Source of the DNA: a virus
Direction: 5' to 3' (one strand)
IMG/VR virus record: IMGVR_UViG_3300045988_182214
Length of the DNA stretch: 64,000 nucleotides
Shown piece after piece: positions 47,452 through 55,970 of the stretch (within the stretch, counting starts at the first letter, position 1; each line of letters begins with the position of its first letter). The position numbers and the translations under genes are program-made. The notes under the pieces are model-generated. The model was given only the letters and a program-made list of their open reading frames with translations, was not told where the DNA came from and did not search any database.

Positions 47452-48189
47452 ATGAGTATTGAGTTAAAGGATGCCAGACATGAACTGGATATTTTAGAAA
47501 ATTTTATTAATAACCCTGAATTAATTATGTCTGATTTATCCGTATACGGAATAAGCGATTATAATTTTTTATTTAAGAACATAATTGTTAATGGTAAAAC
47601 ATTTTATGCTTCATTAATAGAATATCTGAAGCAGGCTGAAGTATTTAATAATGATGATATATTTTTAACGCCTTATTCAGATGTTGATAATGTAACGGTT
47701 AAGATTTCTTCATTTGACGAATTTCGCAGTCAAAATATTATGTGCATAGATTTCATAAATCATACTTACAAGATTATTGACGATTGCATCAAATATTATA
47801 ATAAAATAATGAATGATGAACCTGAGTATGAGCCTTATGAGATACAGGATATTTTTAAAAGATACGAAAATTATACATTTAAAAAGAGACTGGCTAATGC
47901 ACGACATTGTTTATTTAACAAAGATAAGACATGCAGTGTCAGGATATCTGATTTCTTTTTCAGCTTATTTGTGTCTAAGCAGTATTTAAAAAAGATATTT
48001 GATAAGGAATATAAAAGAGCTGAAGAAGCAAATAAATGTTTAAAAAAGAGTTATGATAAAGATATAGAACGGCAGAAACTATATATCCAGAAAGCTCCTG
48101 AGCAGATACTTAAAATAAAACAGAAGCAGAAAGAGATTGCTAAATACCTGTCTAAATACGGATTTAAAGAAATAATAAAGGATAATTAA
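47452..48189 (+). CDS. hypothetical protein
   Basis: SD GAGGAG upstream. Confidence 0.5.
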   Translation: MSIELKDARHELDILENFINNPELIMSDLSVYGISDYNFLFKNIIVNGKTFYASLIEYLKQAEVFNNDDIFLTPYSDVDNVTVKISSFDEFRSQNIMCIDFINHTYKIIDDCIKYYNKIMNDEPEYEPYEIQDIFKRYENYTFKKRLANARHCLFNKDKTCSVRISDFFFSLFVSKQYLKKIFDKEYKRAEEANKCLKKSYDKDIERQKLYIQKAPEQILKIKQKQKEIAKYLSKYGFKEIIKDN

Positions 48190-48356
48190 ATAATATATGG
48201 GAAAAGTTAAAAGAAAAATGCGGCCACAGCCCCCTAAATGGTGGATGGTGGATAATGACAATTGTTGGTTCTGTAAAAATAGGAATAATTGTGGAAGCTG
48301 TAAATTATTAAAAAAACAGGCTGCAATAGCTGTTAATATAAGGAGAAATAATAATT

Positions 48357-48608
48357 ATGAAGACACTTAATACAATAAATGAACTAATAGAAAAAGCAGA
48401 ATCAGAAAATGAAAGACGTATATTAGATACAGTAAAAAATACTTTAATAGGAGAAGTTAAAGAAGCCTCTAATGAGATGTCTGCTTGCAGTTGGTGGACT
48501 GGGGCTACATATGATGATGACGAATGTTTGAATAATAATAATAAAGAAGTAGTTATATCTGTAGACAAGGCTGTTGATATCGTTGAGAGTATTATCGCAA
48601 TCAAGTAA
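48357..48608 (+). CDS. small acidic protein, paralog of 28090..28359
   Basis: See 28090; its 3' end overlaps dispersed element copy 5. Confidence 0.5.
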   Translation: MKTLNTINELIEKAESENERRILDTVKNTLIGEVKEASNEMSACSWWTGATYDDDECLNNNNKEVVISVDKAVDIVESIIAIK

Positions 48609-48650
48609 AAAAACTCCATTCAACATTAGTTGATTGTGAGATGAATTGCA
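48590..48650 (+). repeat. dispersed structured element, copy 5
   Basis: TATTATCGCAATCAAGTAAAAAAACTCCATTCAACATTAGTTGATTGTGAGATGAATTGCA; the hairpin keeps pairing through a compensatory CAAC/GTTG change. Confidence 0.55.
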
Positions 48651-48779
48651 CAATAATCTAATTTTAAAGTATTTCCAAATATAAAAGGATAGGATCAAGG
48701 GATAGTAGCATCCAATATGCTGTAACGATTGCGTAATGTAATTATTACAGGGTTACTTACATGTTGAAAAAATATGTAA

Positions 48780-48822
48780 CATAGAAACTTCATCTGACTA
48801 ATGTCGGTTGTGAGTAGTTCAT
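48780..48822 (+). repeat. dispersed structured element, copy 6 (3' core only)
   Basis: CATAGAAACTTCATCTGACTAATGTCGGTTGTGAGTAGTTCAT. Confidence 0.55.
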
Positions 48823-48933
48823 AACCGCAGCAAAGATATATGGAGAAGGAGGATACCAGGATAAAGAAATTTTAATTAACTGTAGTCAGATTGTATCTGT
48901 AGAAAAATATTTGTAAAAGATTGCAGCGACAAT

Positions 48934-48972
48934 ATCTCATCCAAAATTAATTGGGTGAGATATTTTTATTTT
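48934..48972 (+). terminator. rho-independent terminator
   Basis: ATCTCATCC aaaattaatt GGGTGAGAT followed by ATTTTTATTTT. Confidence 0.6.
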
Positions 48973-48981
48973 CTGTCATAT
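48968..48981 (+). promoter_or_regulatory. promoter-like motif TTTTCTGTCATAT
   Basis: 41 nt upstream of ATG 49022. Confidence 0.55.
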
Positions 48982-49021
48982 TTTTCATAGTAAATAATAT
49001 AAAGGAGAAATAAAATAATGT

Positions 49022-49351
49022 ATGAGAAAATTTAATTTTAAATGTAATATAAATGAACATGAAATTCTGGAAACAATTAAAAATCACGACTGTTATGACT
49101 CCTGGGGAGATGTAATGTATGGAAATAGCAGACAGGCAGTGGAGTATAACATCTGCGTAGATAATTCTACAGACAAGACAGAATATTTAAGTGCTTTCTA
49201 TAGACTTTCAAAGGACAAGGATGGCGTGTGGCAGCATGACAATTGTCAGGAATGGTATGCATACGAAATTAATTTTACCGATAACAGATGGAAGGAAAAA
49301 TTAAAAGAAGCTGCTGTAAAGGCATACAAAGCTTTATGGGAAGAAAATTAA
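49022..49351 (+). CDS. hypothetical protein
   Basis: SD AAAGGAG 14 nt upstream. Confidence 0.45.
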   Translation: MRKFNFKCNINEHEILETIKNHDCYDSWGDVMYGNSRQAVEYNICVDNSTDKTEYLSAFYRLSKDKDGVWQHDNCQEWYAYEINFTDNRWKEKLKEAAVKAYKALWEEN

Positions 49352-49376
49352 CTAATAAGTATAGGAGAAATGATAT

Positions 49377-49892
49377 ATGGCACGATATAAAATGATAATT
49401 AATACAGATAAATATAAATGTAAAAGATGCAGCAAAAAGAATTGGGAGCCAGGAACATTGAATGATTATATGATCGCAATAAATGGAATCACAAAGACTC
49501 TTTATAATATGCGTGAAGTTATGTGGCAACTTAAATTGTTCCAAGGTTGTTCATTTTTATCATCAGAATGGAGTGAAGATAACCCAAAAGAAAATTTTGG
49601 CTTATCTGACAGATATATTAAATTTCTAAAGAAAAATACCATAAAATATCATGACAGATTATGTAATTTGGACAGACAACATTATTTATCAGGTTATGGA
49701 TTTATGCAAGGTTATTTCGATATTGACGAAATAATGGGAAAATTAAAGGATGAAAGAACTGTAAAAGTACCTTTCAAATGGCTATATGATATCAGACAGT
49801 ATGATAAGTGTATGGATGGCTGTTATATGAAAATGATAGATATTCTGCGACATTATATGATAAGAATGGAAATCCACAGCGTCCATATCTGA
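49377..49892 (+). CDS. hypothetical protein
   Basis: SD TAGGAGA upstream. Confidence 0.5.
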   Translation: MARYKMIINTDKYKCKRCSKKNWEPGTLNDYMIAINGITKTLYNMREVMWQLKLFQGCSFLSSEWSEDNPKENFGLSDRYIKFLKKNTIKYHDRLCNLDRQHYLSGYGFMQGYFDIDEIMGKLKDERTVKVPFKWLYDIRQYDKCMDGCYMKMIDILRHYMIRMEIHSVHI

Positions 49893-49975
49893 ATAGTGAA
49901 AACTTAGAGGAACTTATTGGACAGATTTTGGAAACCGAATGAAACGAATTTCTTAATGTAAAAGGAGAAAATATA

Positions 49976-50173
49976 ATGAAGCGTGATTTAGTAGATGAAT
50001 TGTATAAAATTGCATATAAGCGATATAGAGAAAAATATCCAAATAAAGATTTTGCATCTATTCCCAATTTTTTAGATTCACTTTGGTTTAGCATTGAAGG
50101 TGAACTTAATAGAAATGGATATAATGCGGCAAAGAAATATGTCGAAGAAGCAGAGTTAATTGAATTAAAGTAA
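49976..50173 (+). CDS. small protein
   Basis: SD AAAGGAG upstream. Confidence 0.4.
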   Translation: MKRDLVDELYKIAYKRYREKYPNKDFASIPNFLDSLWFSIEGELNRNGYNAAKKYVEEAELIELK

Positions 50174-50183
50174 ATGAATTGGC

Positions 50184-50223
50184 GATTTACTGGTATGCAT
50201 GAGTAGACAAGAGTTTCTTTAGA
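50184..50223 (+). repeat. linker repeat GATTTACTGGTATGCATGAGTAGACAAGAGTTTCTTTAGA, copy 1
   Basis: 39/40 identical to 50628..50667; contains the remnant start ATGAGTAGACAAGAGTTTCTTTAG (MSRQEFL*), homologous to the 5' end of the gene at 52777. Confidence 0.6.
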
Positions 50224-50239
50224 AGATTGGAGGAAAGAT

Positions 50240-50626
50240 ATGACCTATTTAGAATTAGCAAGAAAGATAAAGAATGCATATAAGGAATTAAAGCAAAATG
50301 AAGTATATAAACTTTTCAATGTCATATGGAATAATGACCTTGGAGAGTCAGAAATTACAGTTGAAAATGATGCTGGATTTAGAGCAATTATTATTGGTAA
50401 TACAAGCGGTATAAAAAAATCAAGAGGTTACATGTATTTGTTTTATACCAATAATGACACAGAATCATTTCCGACTATTAAAGAAATAGAACACAGATTA
50501 AGAGTAGTTGCAAATCAAGAAATTTTAACAGATAAAAATGTGAATTATTTTGATTGGGAACAGTATGGTTCTTTAGAAGAACAGAGAAAATATTTTTCAG
50601 AAATAATTTTAAATACAACAAAATGA
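50240..50626 (+). CDS. hypothetical protein
   Basis: SD GGAGGAA upstream. Confidence 0.45.
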   Translation: MTYLELARKIKNAYKELKQNEVYKLFNVIWNNDLGESEITVENDAGFRAIIIGNTSGIKKSRGYMYLFYTNNDTESFPTIKEIEHRLRVVANQEILTDKNVNYFDWEQYGSLEEQRKYFSEIILNTTK

Positions 50627-50627
50627 T

Positions 50628-50667
50628 GATTTACTGGTATGAATGAGTAGACAAGAGTTTCTTTAGA
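50628..50667 (+). repeat. linker repeat, copy 2
   Basis: GATTTACTGGTATGAATGAGTAGACAAGAGTTTCTTTAGA. Confidence 0.6.
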
Positions 50668-50687
50668 TTAAAAGGAGAGTGTAAACT

Positions 50688-50885
50688 ATGGCATATATAT
50701 TAGGAAGATTGATTTCATGGAATATAAAATTTGAAAAAGTTGATAGTAAATGCGTAAGAGTATATGGAAACTTTGATGGTTTTTCTGTAGTAAGAGAATC
50801 AGAACAGGAAAACTATATCGAAGTGGATGGAAGGCTTATTGACTATGAGAATTTTGAAGATTGGCTATATGTTATTAAGCAATGA
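50688..50885 (+). CDS. small protein
   Basis: SD AAAGGAG upstream. Confidence 0.4.
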   Translation: MAYILGRLISWNIKFEKVDSKCVRVYGNFDGFSVVRESEQENYIEVDGRLIDYENFEDWLYVIKQ

Positions 50886-50942
50886 AACGATGATTGACTA
50901 AGAAAGTGAAAAAATAATATAGTAAGAAAAATTAACAATAAA

Positions 50943-51215
50943 TTGTATAAAGTTAATACATATTTTTCTGCACACATTATTGAAGTAGATGATAATTATG
51001 ATGAAGAAGTACAGAAACTAAGAAAAGAAATCCAGTTTGACAGTATTGGATACAAATTGAACTTACTTGTATATCTTGCCACATTAACGGTACAAGGATA
51101 TGCAATTTTAAGCGTAACAGAATTTAATATTGATGGAAGTAAGCCTAGAGTTGCTTATGCAAGTAATAAAGATTTCAAGAAAATTGTTAAATATTATTTT
51201 GGAAAGAAAGCATAG
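50943..51215 (+). CDS. hypothetical protein (weak start)
   Basis: TTG start with no SD; ORF only. Confidence 0.3.
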   Translation: MYKVNTYFSAHIIEVDDNYDEEVQKLRKEIQFDSIGYKLNLLVYLATLTVQGYAILSVTEFNIDGSKPRVAYASNKDFKKIVKYYFGKKA

Positions 51216-51248
51216 GAATCAGAAATTTACTATTAGGAAGGATATCAA

Positions 51249-51301
51249 AGGAAATTAGAAAGTAATTGGTTTAGAAAAACAGATGTAACTGGCAGTTTCA
51301 A
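51249..51301 (+). repeat. second linker repeat family, copy 1
   Basis: GGATATCAAAGGAAATTAGAAAGTAATTGGTTTAGAAAAACAGATGTAACTGG; encodes the remnant GYQRKLESNWFRKTDVTG. Confidence 0.55.
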
Positions 51302-51316
51302 TAGGAGGAAAAATAA

Positions 51317-51583
51317 ATGAAATTAAAAAAGGATAGAAACGATAAAACGATAACGGATAATATAAAACTTTCAAAGACTGCTGAAGAACTATTAGAAGCC
51401 ATGAAAACTGAGTACTTACGAAGGATAGAATCAGCACATGTGCTGTCAGTAAAAAATGCGTGGTATTATTCGTATTTAGGTTCATTAGATTTTGCTAGAC
51501 AAATGGGACTTATTTCCGAGGAACATCGACAAGAGTTATGTCGGGAATTTAGTAAAGCTATTACGAATATAATAACGAAATAA
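51317..51583 (+). CDS. small protein
   Basis: SD AGGAGG upstream. Confidence 0.4.
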   Translation: MKLKKDRNDKTITDNIKLSKTAEELLEAMKTEYLRRIESAHVLSVKNAWYYSYLGSLDFARQMGLISEEHRQELCREFSKAITNIITK

Positions 51584-51629
51584 TGAAACGATGTAAATGC
51601 TCGAAATGCAAGACATCTTACGGTTGCAT

Positions 51630-51682
51630 GGATACCAAAAGAAATTAGAAAGTAATTGGTTTGGAAAAATAGATGTAACTGG
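51630..51682 (+). repeat. second linker repeat family, copy 2
   Basis: GGATACCAAAAGAAATTAGAAAGTAATTGGTTTGGAAAAATAGATGTAACTGG; encodes the remnant GYQKKLESNWFGKIDVTG with no start codon. Confidence 0.55.
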
Positions 51683-51836
51683 TAATTGGAAATATAATCG
51701 CATAGAATAACAAAAACTTAAAAAATTGCGAAGCAAATTTTAGATAATTAAATAATAAGGAATAAATAAGGGATTGATTAATTTAATCCCTTATTTTTTA
51801 TTTGGATACACTTCGAAGCTTTGGTCTAGGATATTT

Positions 51837-51859
51837 ACTTATGCTTTGTACTCAGTATA
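51837..51859 (+). repeat. bracket box L, copy B
   Basis: ACTTATGCTTTGTACTCAGTATA. Confidence 0.5.
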
Positions 51860-51993
51860 TAACTTCAACTGCATAGCTTGATTACATGTTCATATTAAAG
51901 CCCGGCCTTTCATAAAAACGAGAAATATAATCCACCATATGTATGATAGGAAATATAATATTTTTTTTGACACAAAAAATTGGTTTATCCCAG

Positions 51994-52023
51994 CAAACCA
52001 TAAATTTGTAACTTAAAACTTCA
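51994..52023 (+). repeat. bracket box R, copy B
   Basis: CAAACCATAAATTTGTAACTTAAAACTTCA. Confidence 0.5.
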
Positions 52024-52065
52024 GAGTTTTATCTATATTGTTTGATATTATAACAAAATAAATGT

Positions 52066-52079
52066 TTTTTCTGTCATAT
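52066..52079 (+). promoter_or_regulatory. promoter-like motif TTTTTCTGTCATAT
   Basis: 35 nt upstream of ATG 52114. Confidence 0.55.
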
Positions 52080-52113
52080 ATAAATTAAATAATTTTTTAA
52101 AGGAGGCCATTAA

Positions 52114-52203
52114 ATGGGAACAAAGAAAAATAATAATGTAAAAGAATTAATAGAAAAACTCAGAAAAACGGCTTTATTAAAGGAAATTTTAAAAATAGAA
52201 TAA
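52114..52203 (+). CDS. tiny peptide (29 aa)
   Basis: Motif plus SD AAAGGAGG plus ATG; MGTKKNNNVKELIEKLRKTALLKEILKIE. Confidence 0.3.
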   Translation: MGTKKNNNVKELIEKLRKTALLKEILKIE

Positions 52204-52296
52204 TTTTATACATATAAAATATTCAACCAAAATTCTTGTTGAATTTTCAGATGGAACATCTAAATGATATTAAAAGTAAAGAGAGGACAAAACTAT

Positions 52297-52761
52297 ATGA
52301 GTTACAGAACAAATGTAAATGGTACACAGATTTTTGGCGATAACGAATGGTATGGCGAATGGGGCAAATACCTTATAAGTAAAGGTATAAAAATCAGTGA
52401 TGAAGGTTTATATGAGGGCGAACTTGATGATTTTATGGAAGCCTTAGAAGTCATTGAAAAGATTACAATGAATATTGAAGCTAAAAGACGAGAGCGTAAG
52501 GAAGCCGGAGGAAAATTTTTCAGCCAGAGTATTTTTGATAATGGAGACATTTACGATAGTCTGGTTAATGATGACGAACATTATGAAAGCCTGTTTGATA
52601 AGGAAATTGAGATTATTAAACATGGGTATATGTTTCTTCCTATACAGTTCTTTAAAGCGTGTGAAGATATGCTTGAATATACAGGCATTGATTTAAAGGG
52701 CAGCCGCACTTATACATATAAGCTTAAGGATGGATGCAAGATAAAAGTAACAGCAGGCTGA
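52297..52761 (+). CDS. hypothetical protein
   Basis: SD AGAGAGGA upstream of ATG 52297 (in frame with ORF-track start 52264). Confidence 0.5.
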   Translation: MSYRTNVNGTQIFGDNEWYGEWGKYLISKGIKISDEGLYEGELDDFMEALEVIEKITMNIEAKRRERKEAGGKFFSQSIFDNGDIYDSLVNDDEHYESLFDKEIEIIKHGYMFLPIQFFKACEDMLEYTGIDLKGSRTYTYKLKDGCKIKVTAG

Positions 52762-52776
52762 TAAGAAAGGGTATGT

Positions 52777-52968
52777 ATGAGTAAACAAGAGTTTCAAGGG
52801 AAAGGCAAATATATGAAAGTAAAAGAATTTTTAGAAAATTTCACAGGAGATAATCATATTAAAATTTATGATATGCATAGCTTTGATACGCATAGATATA
52901 ATAATGCAAATGAAGCTATAAGACAATTTGGTTATTATACAGATGGAAAATTATTGATAATGTCTTAA
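52777..52968 (+). CDS. small protein (MSKQEFQG...); intact member of the family whose 5' remnants form the linker repeats
   Basis: SD AAGAAAGGG upstream; 5' end ATGAGTAAACAAGAGTTTC. Confidence 0.45.
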   Translation: MSKQEFQGKGKYMKVKEFLENFTGDNHIKIYDMHSFDTHRYNNANEAIRQFGYYTDGKLLIMS

Positions 52969-53001
52969 AAATAACTATTAGAACACAATTCTAAAAATGA
53001 G

Positions 53002-53190
53002 GTGAATTATATGCACATAACAAAGGAAATGAATATGCATAATTGTCAATTATGTAGAAAAGAATGGCTTGGAAGATGTTTCGGAAAGAAATATGGGAAA
53101 GATGTATCTGTTGATAATGAACCATGTAAGTGTTACGAATTTGGCGGTTCAGAAGAGAGACTAAAAGAAATTGAGAATAATATGAAATGA
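53002..53190 (+). CDS. small Cys-containing protein
   Basis: SD GAGGTGA upstream. Confidence 0.4.
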   Translation: MNYMHITKEMNMHNCQLCRKEWLGRCFGKKYGKDVSVDNEPCKCYEFGGSEERLKEIENNMK

Positions 53191-53218
53191 GGATTTACAA
53201 GGAAGCGAGGTATACAGT

Positions 53219-53524
53219 ATGGATGAATTATTGAAACAAATCCAAGAATATATAAAAGCGTATAAAGAACCGCCATACGGAAAAGAAGTAGAAGGAACAA
53301 CGGAAATTCTTGAAAAATCTTCTCAAACTTTGATAAAGACAGCACATAGAGTAGTGCTTTTGGAAAATCAATTTATTGATGGAATGAAGGTAAAGTATCA
53401 AGGTGATGATGAAATGGACGGTATTGAATGTCCTATATGTAAATATGAGGTCGCAACAAATGATGATTATGCAGAAATGCGACCAAAACATTGTCCAGAA
53501 TGTGGCACAAAACTTATTTATTAG
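53219..53524 (+). CDS. Zn-ribbon protein (CPICK ... CPECG)
   Basis: SD GAGGT upstream. Confidence 0.45.
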   Translation: MDELLKQIQEYIKAYKEPPYGKEVEGTTEILEKSSQTLIKTAHRVVLLENQFIDGMKVKYQGDDEMDGIECPICKYEVATNDDYAEMRPKHCPECGTKLIY

Positions 53525-53602
53525 AATCCAATGAAAAGGTGACTTACTTAGAAAAGGAATTAGATAATGAACAAAAAGCTTTAAAAGAAATGAGGGATAG
53601 AA

Positions 53603-53794
53603 ATGGTACTTGTAAGAATAAAAGATAAGAGATACCACATCGGCTACAATATAAAATTTTTTAAAACTGACACTATAACAGATGAAGTTATACAGTTTAT
53701 AAAAAGTCATCCAAAAGCTTATTGGGTAGAATGCGGTGAAAAAATTTATCGCAGTAGAGAAGAATTGAAAGAATTGTTAAATCCAAGGAAATAA
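53603..53794 (+). CDS. small protein
   Basis: SD GAGGGA upstream. Confidence 0.4.
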   Translation: MVLVRIKDKRYHIGYNIKFFKTDTITDEVIQFIKSHPKAYWVECGEKIYRSREELKELLNPRK

Positions 53795-53795
53795 T

Positions 53796-53827
53796 GATTT
53801 ACAGGTGCATGAGTAAACAGAGTTTCA
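53796..53827 (+). repeat. linker repeat, degenerate copy 3
   Basis: GATTTACAGGTGCATGAGTAAACAGAGTTTCAG (MSKQSFS* remnant). Confidence 0.45.
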
Positions 53828-53875
53828 GTTGAATCTTTAACTATAAGAAAAGGTTAAAACAGAAAGGAAAATATT

Positions 53876-54106
53876 ATGCTTAATATAGTTATTATCAATT
53901 GTGATGATAAGTATGTAGAATATGAATGGACTTCAAAAGAAGCATTTGCACAGGATATGCAAAGTGATAATGAAAACATCCCAATGCTCGATGATGCTTT
54001 GGCAGAAGTAAATACACAAGACGATAATTTACTGTTATGGTGGAGAAACACAGATGGATTAACAGTAGATGATTTGTTAGAAGAATGTAAACAGGAATTA
54101 AATTAG
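53876..54106 (+). CDS. small acidic protein
   Basis: SD GAAAGGAA upstream. Confidence 0.4.
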   Translation: MLNIVIINCDDKYVEYEWTSKEAFAQDMQSDNENIPMLDDALAEVNTQDDNLLLWWRNTDGLTVDDLLEECKQELN

Positions 54107-54120
54107 ATAGGAGTGATAAA

Positions 54121-54300
54121 ATGGAATGTCCGATATGTAAAAATACACTAGGCTTTAATTGTGGAACATGTATTGAGTGTGGATACAATTATCTGAATGG
54201 AAAGTTTGAACATATAAGAGTTTATGTTGATGATTTAAAAAATATTGTTCCGTTGGATATTTTAGAAGAATTGATAGAAGAACATAAAAGATTGTACTGA
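54121..54300 (+). CDS. Zn-ribbon protein (CPICK ... CGTCIECG), 59 aa
   Basis: SD TAGGAGTGA upstream. Confidence 0.35.
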   Translation: MECPICKNTLGFNCGTCIECGYNYLNGKFEHIRVYVDDLKNIVPLDILEELIEEHKRLY

Positions 54301-54426
54301 TGATGAAGAAGATGATGAATCTTTATGAATTTAATTATAAAGTCTGCTTTATCAAATATGAAAGCTGTTAATAAGAATTTTGAACGAGATAATTTTAGAT
54401 AGAAATAAAAAGGGAAAGTAAAAAAT

Positions 54427-54741
54427 ATGGATTTAATTGATAGAAATTATTTATTAAAAAATATAATAAGTTGGGGAAAATTAGTAAAAGGCAATAATGC
54501 AAAGAAATTACTTACAGAAGTAATCAATTATATTCAAATACAAGATACTATTGTTGATATGCAGAAGCTTATAGATGGAGTGAATTTTCAAAAAATAGGT
54601 TTGGAATATTTAGATGATAAAGACATTAAAGATGCAACTATTTATAATGGAGCAATAGATGATGGTATAAATGAAATTAAAAACGCTATGAATCCTAATT
54701 ATATAAAAGCTTTTGATTGGGATAAAACAGAAGGATTTTAG
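54427..54741 (+). CDS. hypothetical protein
   Basis: SD AAAGGGAAAG upstream. Confidence 0.45.
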   Translation: MDLIDRNYLLKNIISWGKLVKGNNAKKLLTEVINYIQIQDTIVDMQKLIDGVNFQKIGLEYLDDKDIKDATIYNGAIDDGINEIKNAMNPNYIKAFDWDKTEGF

Positions 54742-54763
54742 ATAGGAATAAAAAGGTGAATTT

Positions 54764-54955
54764 ATGGAAAGTGAAATTAACATTAAACTTAAATACTGCC
54801 CTTTTTGTGGTGGACATGCAACAATGATATATGATAATCAGGAAGGATATTATATATATTGTGACGACTGTTGTATTATGACTGGCAATAGTTTTGATAA
54901 AGAAAAGATAATTAATACATGGAATAATAGAGTAGTAATTAACGAAAGGGAATAA
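54764..54955 (+). CDS. Lar-like restriction alleviation family protein (tentative)
   Basis: KYCPFCGGHATMIY...YCDDCC...TWNNR matches the CPFCGG ... WNRR architecture of the Lar family. Confidence 0.4.
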   Translation: MESEINIKLKYCPFCGGHATMIYDNQEGYYIYCDDCCIMTGNSFDKEKIINTWNNRVVINERE

Positions 54956-54957
54956 TT

Positions 54958-55149
54958 ATGAAAGAAATGTGTTTGATTAATGCGATTATGTATGAAATGT
55001 ATCTACATGGCGAAGACGAGAACTATGAAACTTATGAAGAAAGAGAAGAAAAGCTTAAGAATGACCCAGAGCTTCAGAATCTAATAAAGCAAAGCATGGA
55101 CATTATTAATGAAACAGATAAATTATTAAAGGAATATGATAACGAATAG
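54958..55149 (+). CDS. small acidic protein
   Basis: SD AAAGGGAA upstream. Confidence 0.4.
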   Translation: MKEMCLINAIMYEMYLHGEDENYETYEEREEKLKNDPELQNLIKQSMDIINETDKLLKEYDNE

Positions 55150-55201
55150 AGATGAATTATAATAACAGATGAATGATGGCTTAATAGCAGAAAGGGAACT
55201 T

Positions 55202-55570
55202 ATGTTTAATTTGACAAAAGAACAGGTATTACAAACATTAGAAAATTATGAAAAAATCATGGATAGAGTAGCAGAAGTAATTGATGAGATTGGCTTTACA
55301 AATGAGGAGTTTGATGCATTTGAATCAGAAAAAACCGATTTTGGAAAAGATACAGTTTATGTAACTGCATATGACAGCCATTATGATTTGTATGACTCAA
55401 GAGGTGGCTCTTTTCCTTTAGATTTTCTGTTTGAAGATGAAGAACAGCATAAAGACTGGTATAAAAACAAGCAGGAGCAGGCAGAGCAGGAAAGGCTACG
55501 AGAAGAAGAACAAAAACAGCAAGAACAGGAATTAGCTGAATTGAAGAGGTTAAAGGAAAAGTATGAGTAG
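55202..55570 (+). CDS. hypothetical coiled-coil protein
   Basis: SD AAAGGGAA upstream of ATG 55202 (in frame with ORF-track start 55169). Confidence 0.4.
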   Translation: MFNLTKEQVLQTLENYEKIMDRVAEVIDEIGFTNEEFDAFESEKTDFGKDTVYVTAYDSHYDLYDSRGGSFPLDFLFEDEEQHKDWYKNKQEQAEQERLREEEQKQQEQELAELKRLKEKYE

Positions 55571-55606
55571 TATGAAAAATAAAAAGAAAATGGAGGAAAT
55601 AATAAC

Positions 55607-55948
55607 ATGAAATATGTAAGTAATGCAAAGATGAATACTTCTGTAGAAAGCGGAACAATTTTCGAGGGGAAATGCGGATTAGTTGATATCACTATCCATT
55701 TATATCGGAAAAATAAATTTTCTGGTCGTGGTGATACATTTTATCTATCCTCAAACTGTGTTGGAATATCAAATATGAAATTGGAGAGTAAAAGTATCAT
55801 TACGGCTATCCAAGAGGCTGAAATTATTGTAAATAAGGAAATAATCACCATGAAAAATGATGCTGACAAGATGCTAAATAGTAATATTGAAATTTCAAGG
55901 GAATGTGATGCTGATAACTGTATGGATTGTGATTACAGAGAAATGTGA
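55607..55948 (+). CDS. hypothetical protein
   Basis: SD GGAGGAAA upstream. Confidence 0.45.
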   Translation: MKYVSNAKMNTSVESGTIFEGKCGLVDITIHLYRKNKFSGRGDTFYLSSNCVGISNMKLESKSIITAIQEAEIIVNKEIITMKNDADKMLNSNIEISRECDADNCMDCDYREM

Positions 55949-55970
55949 ACCATTATAAAGGAGAAAAAGT

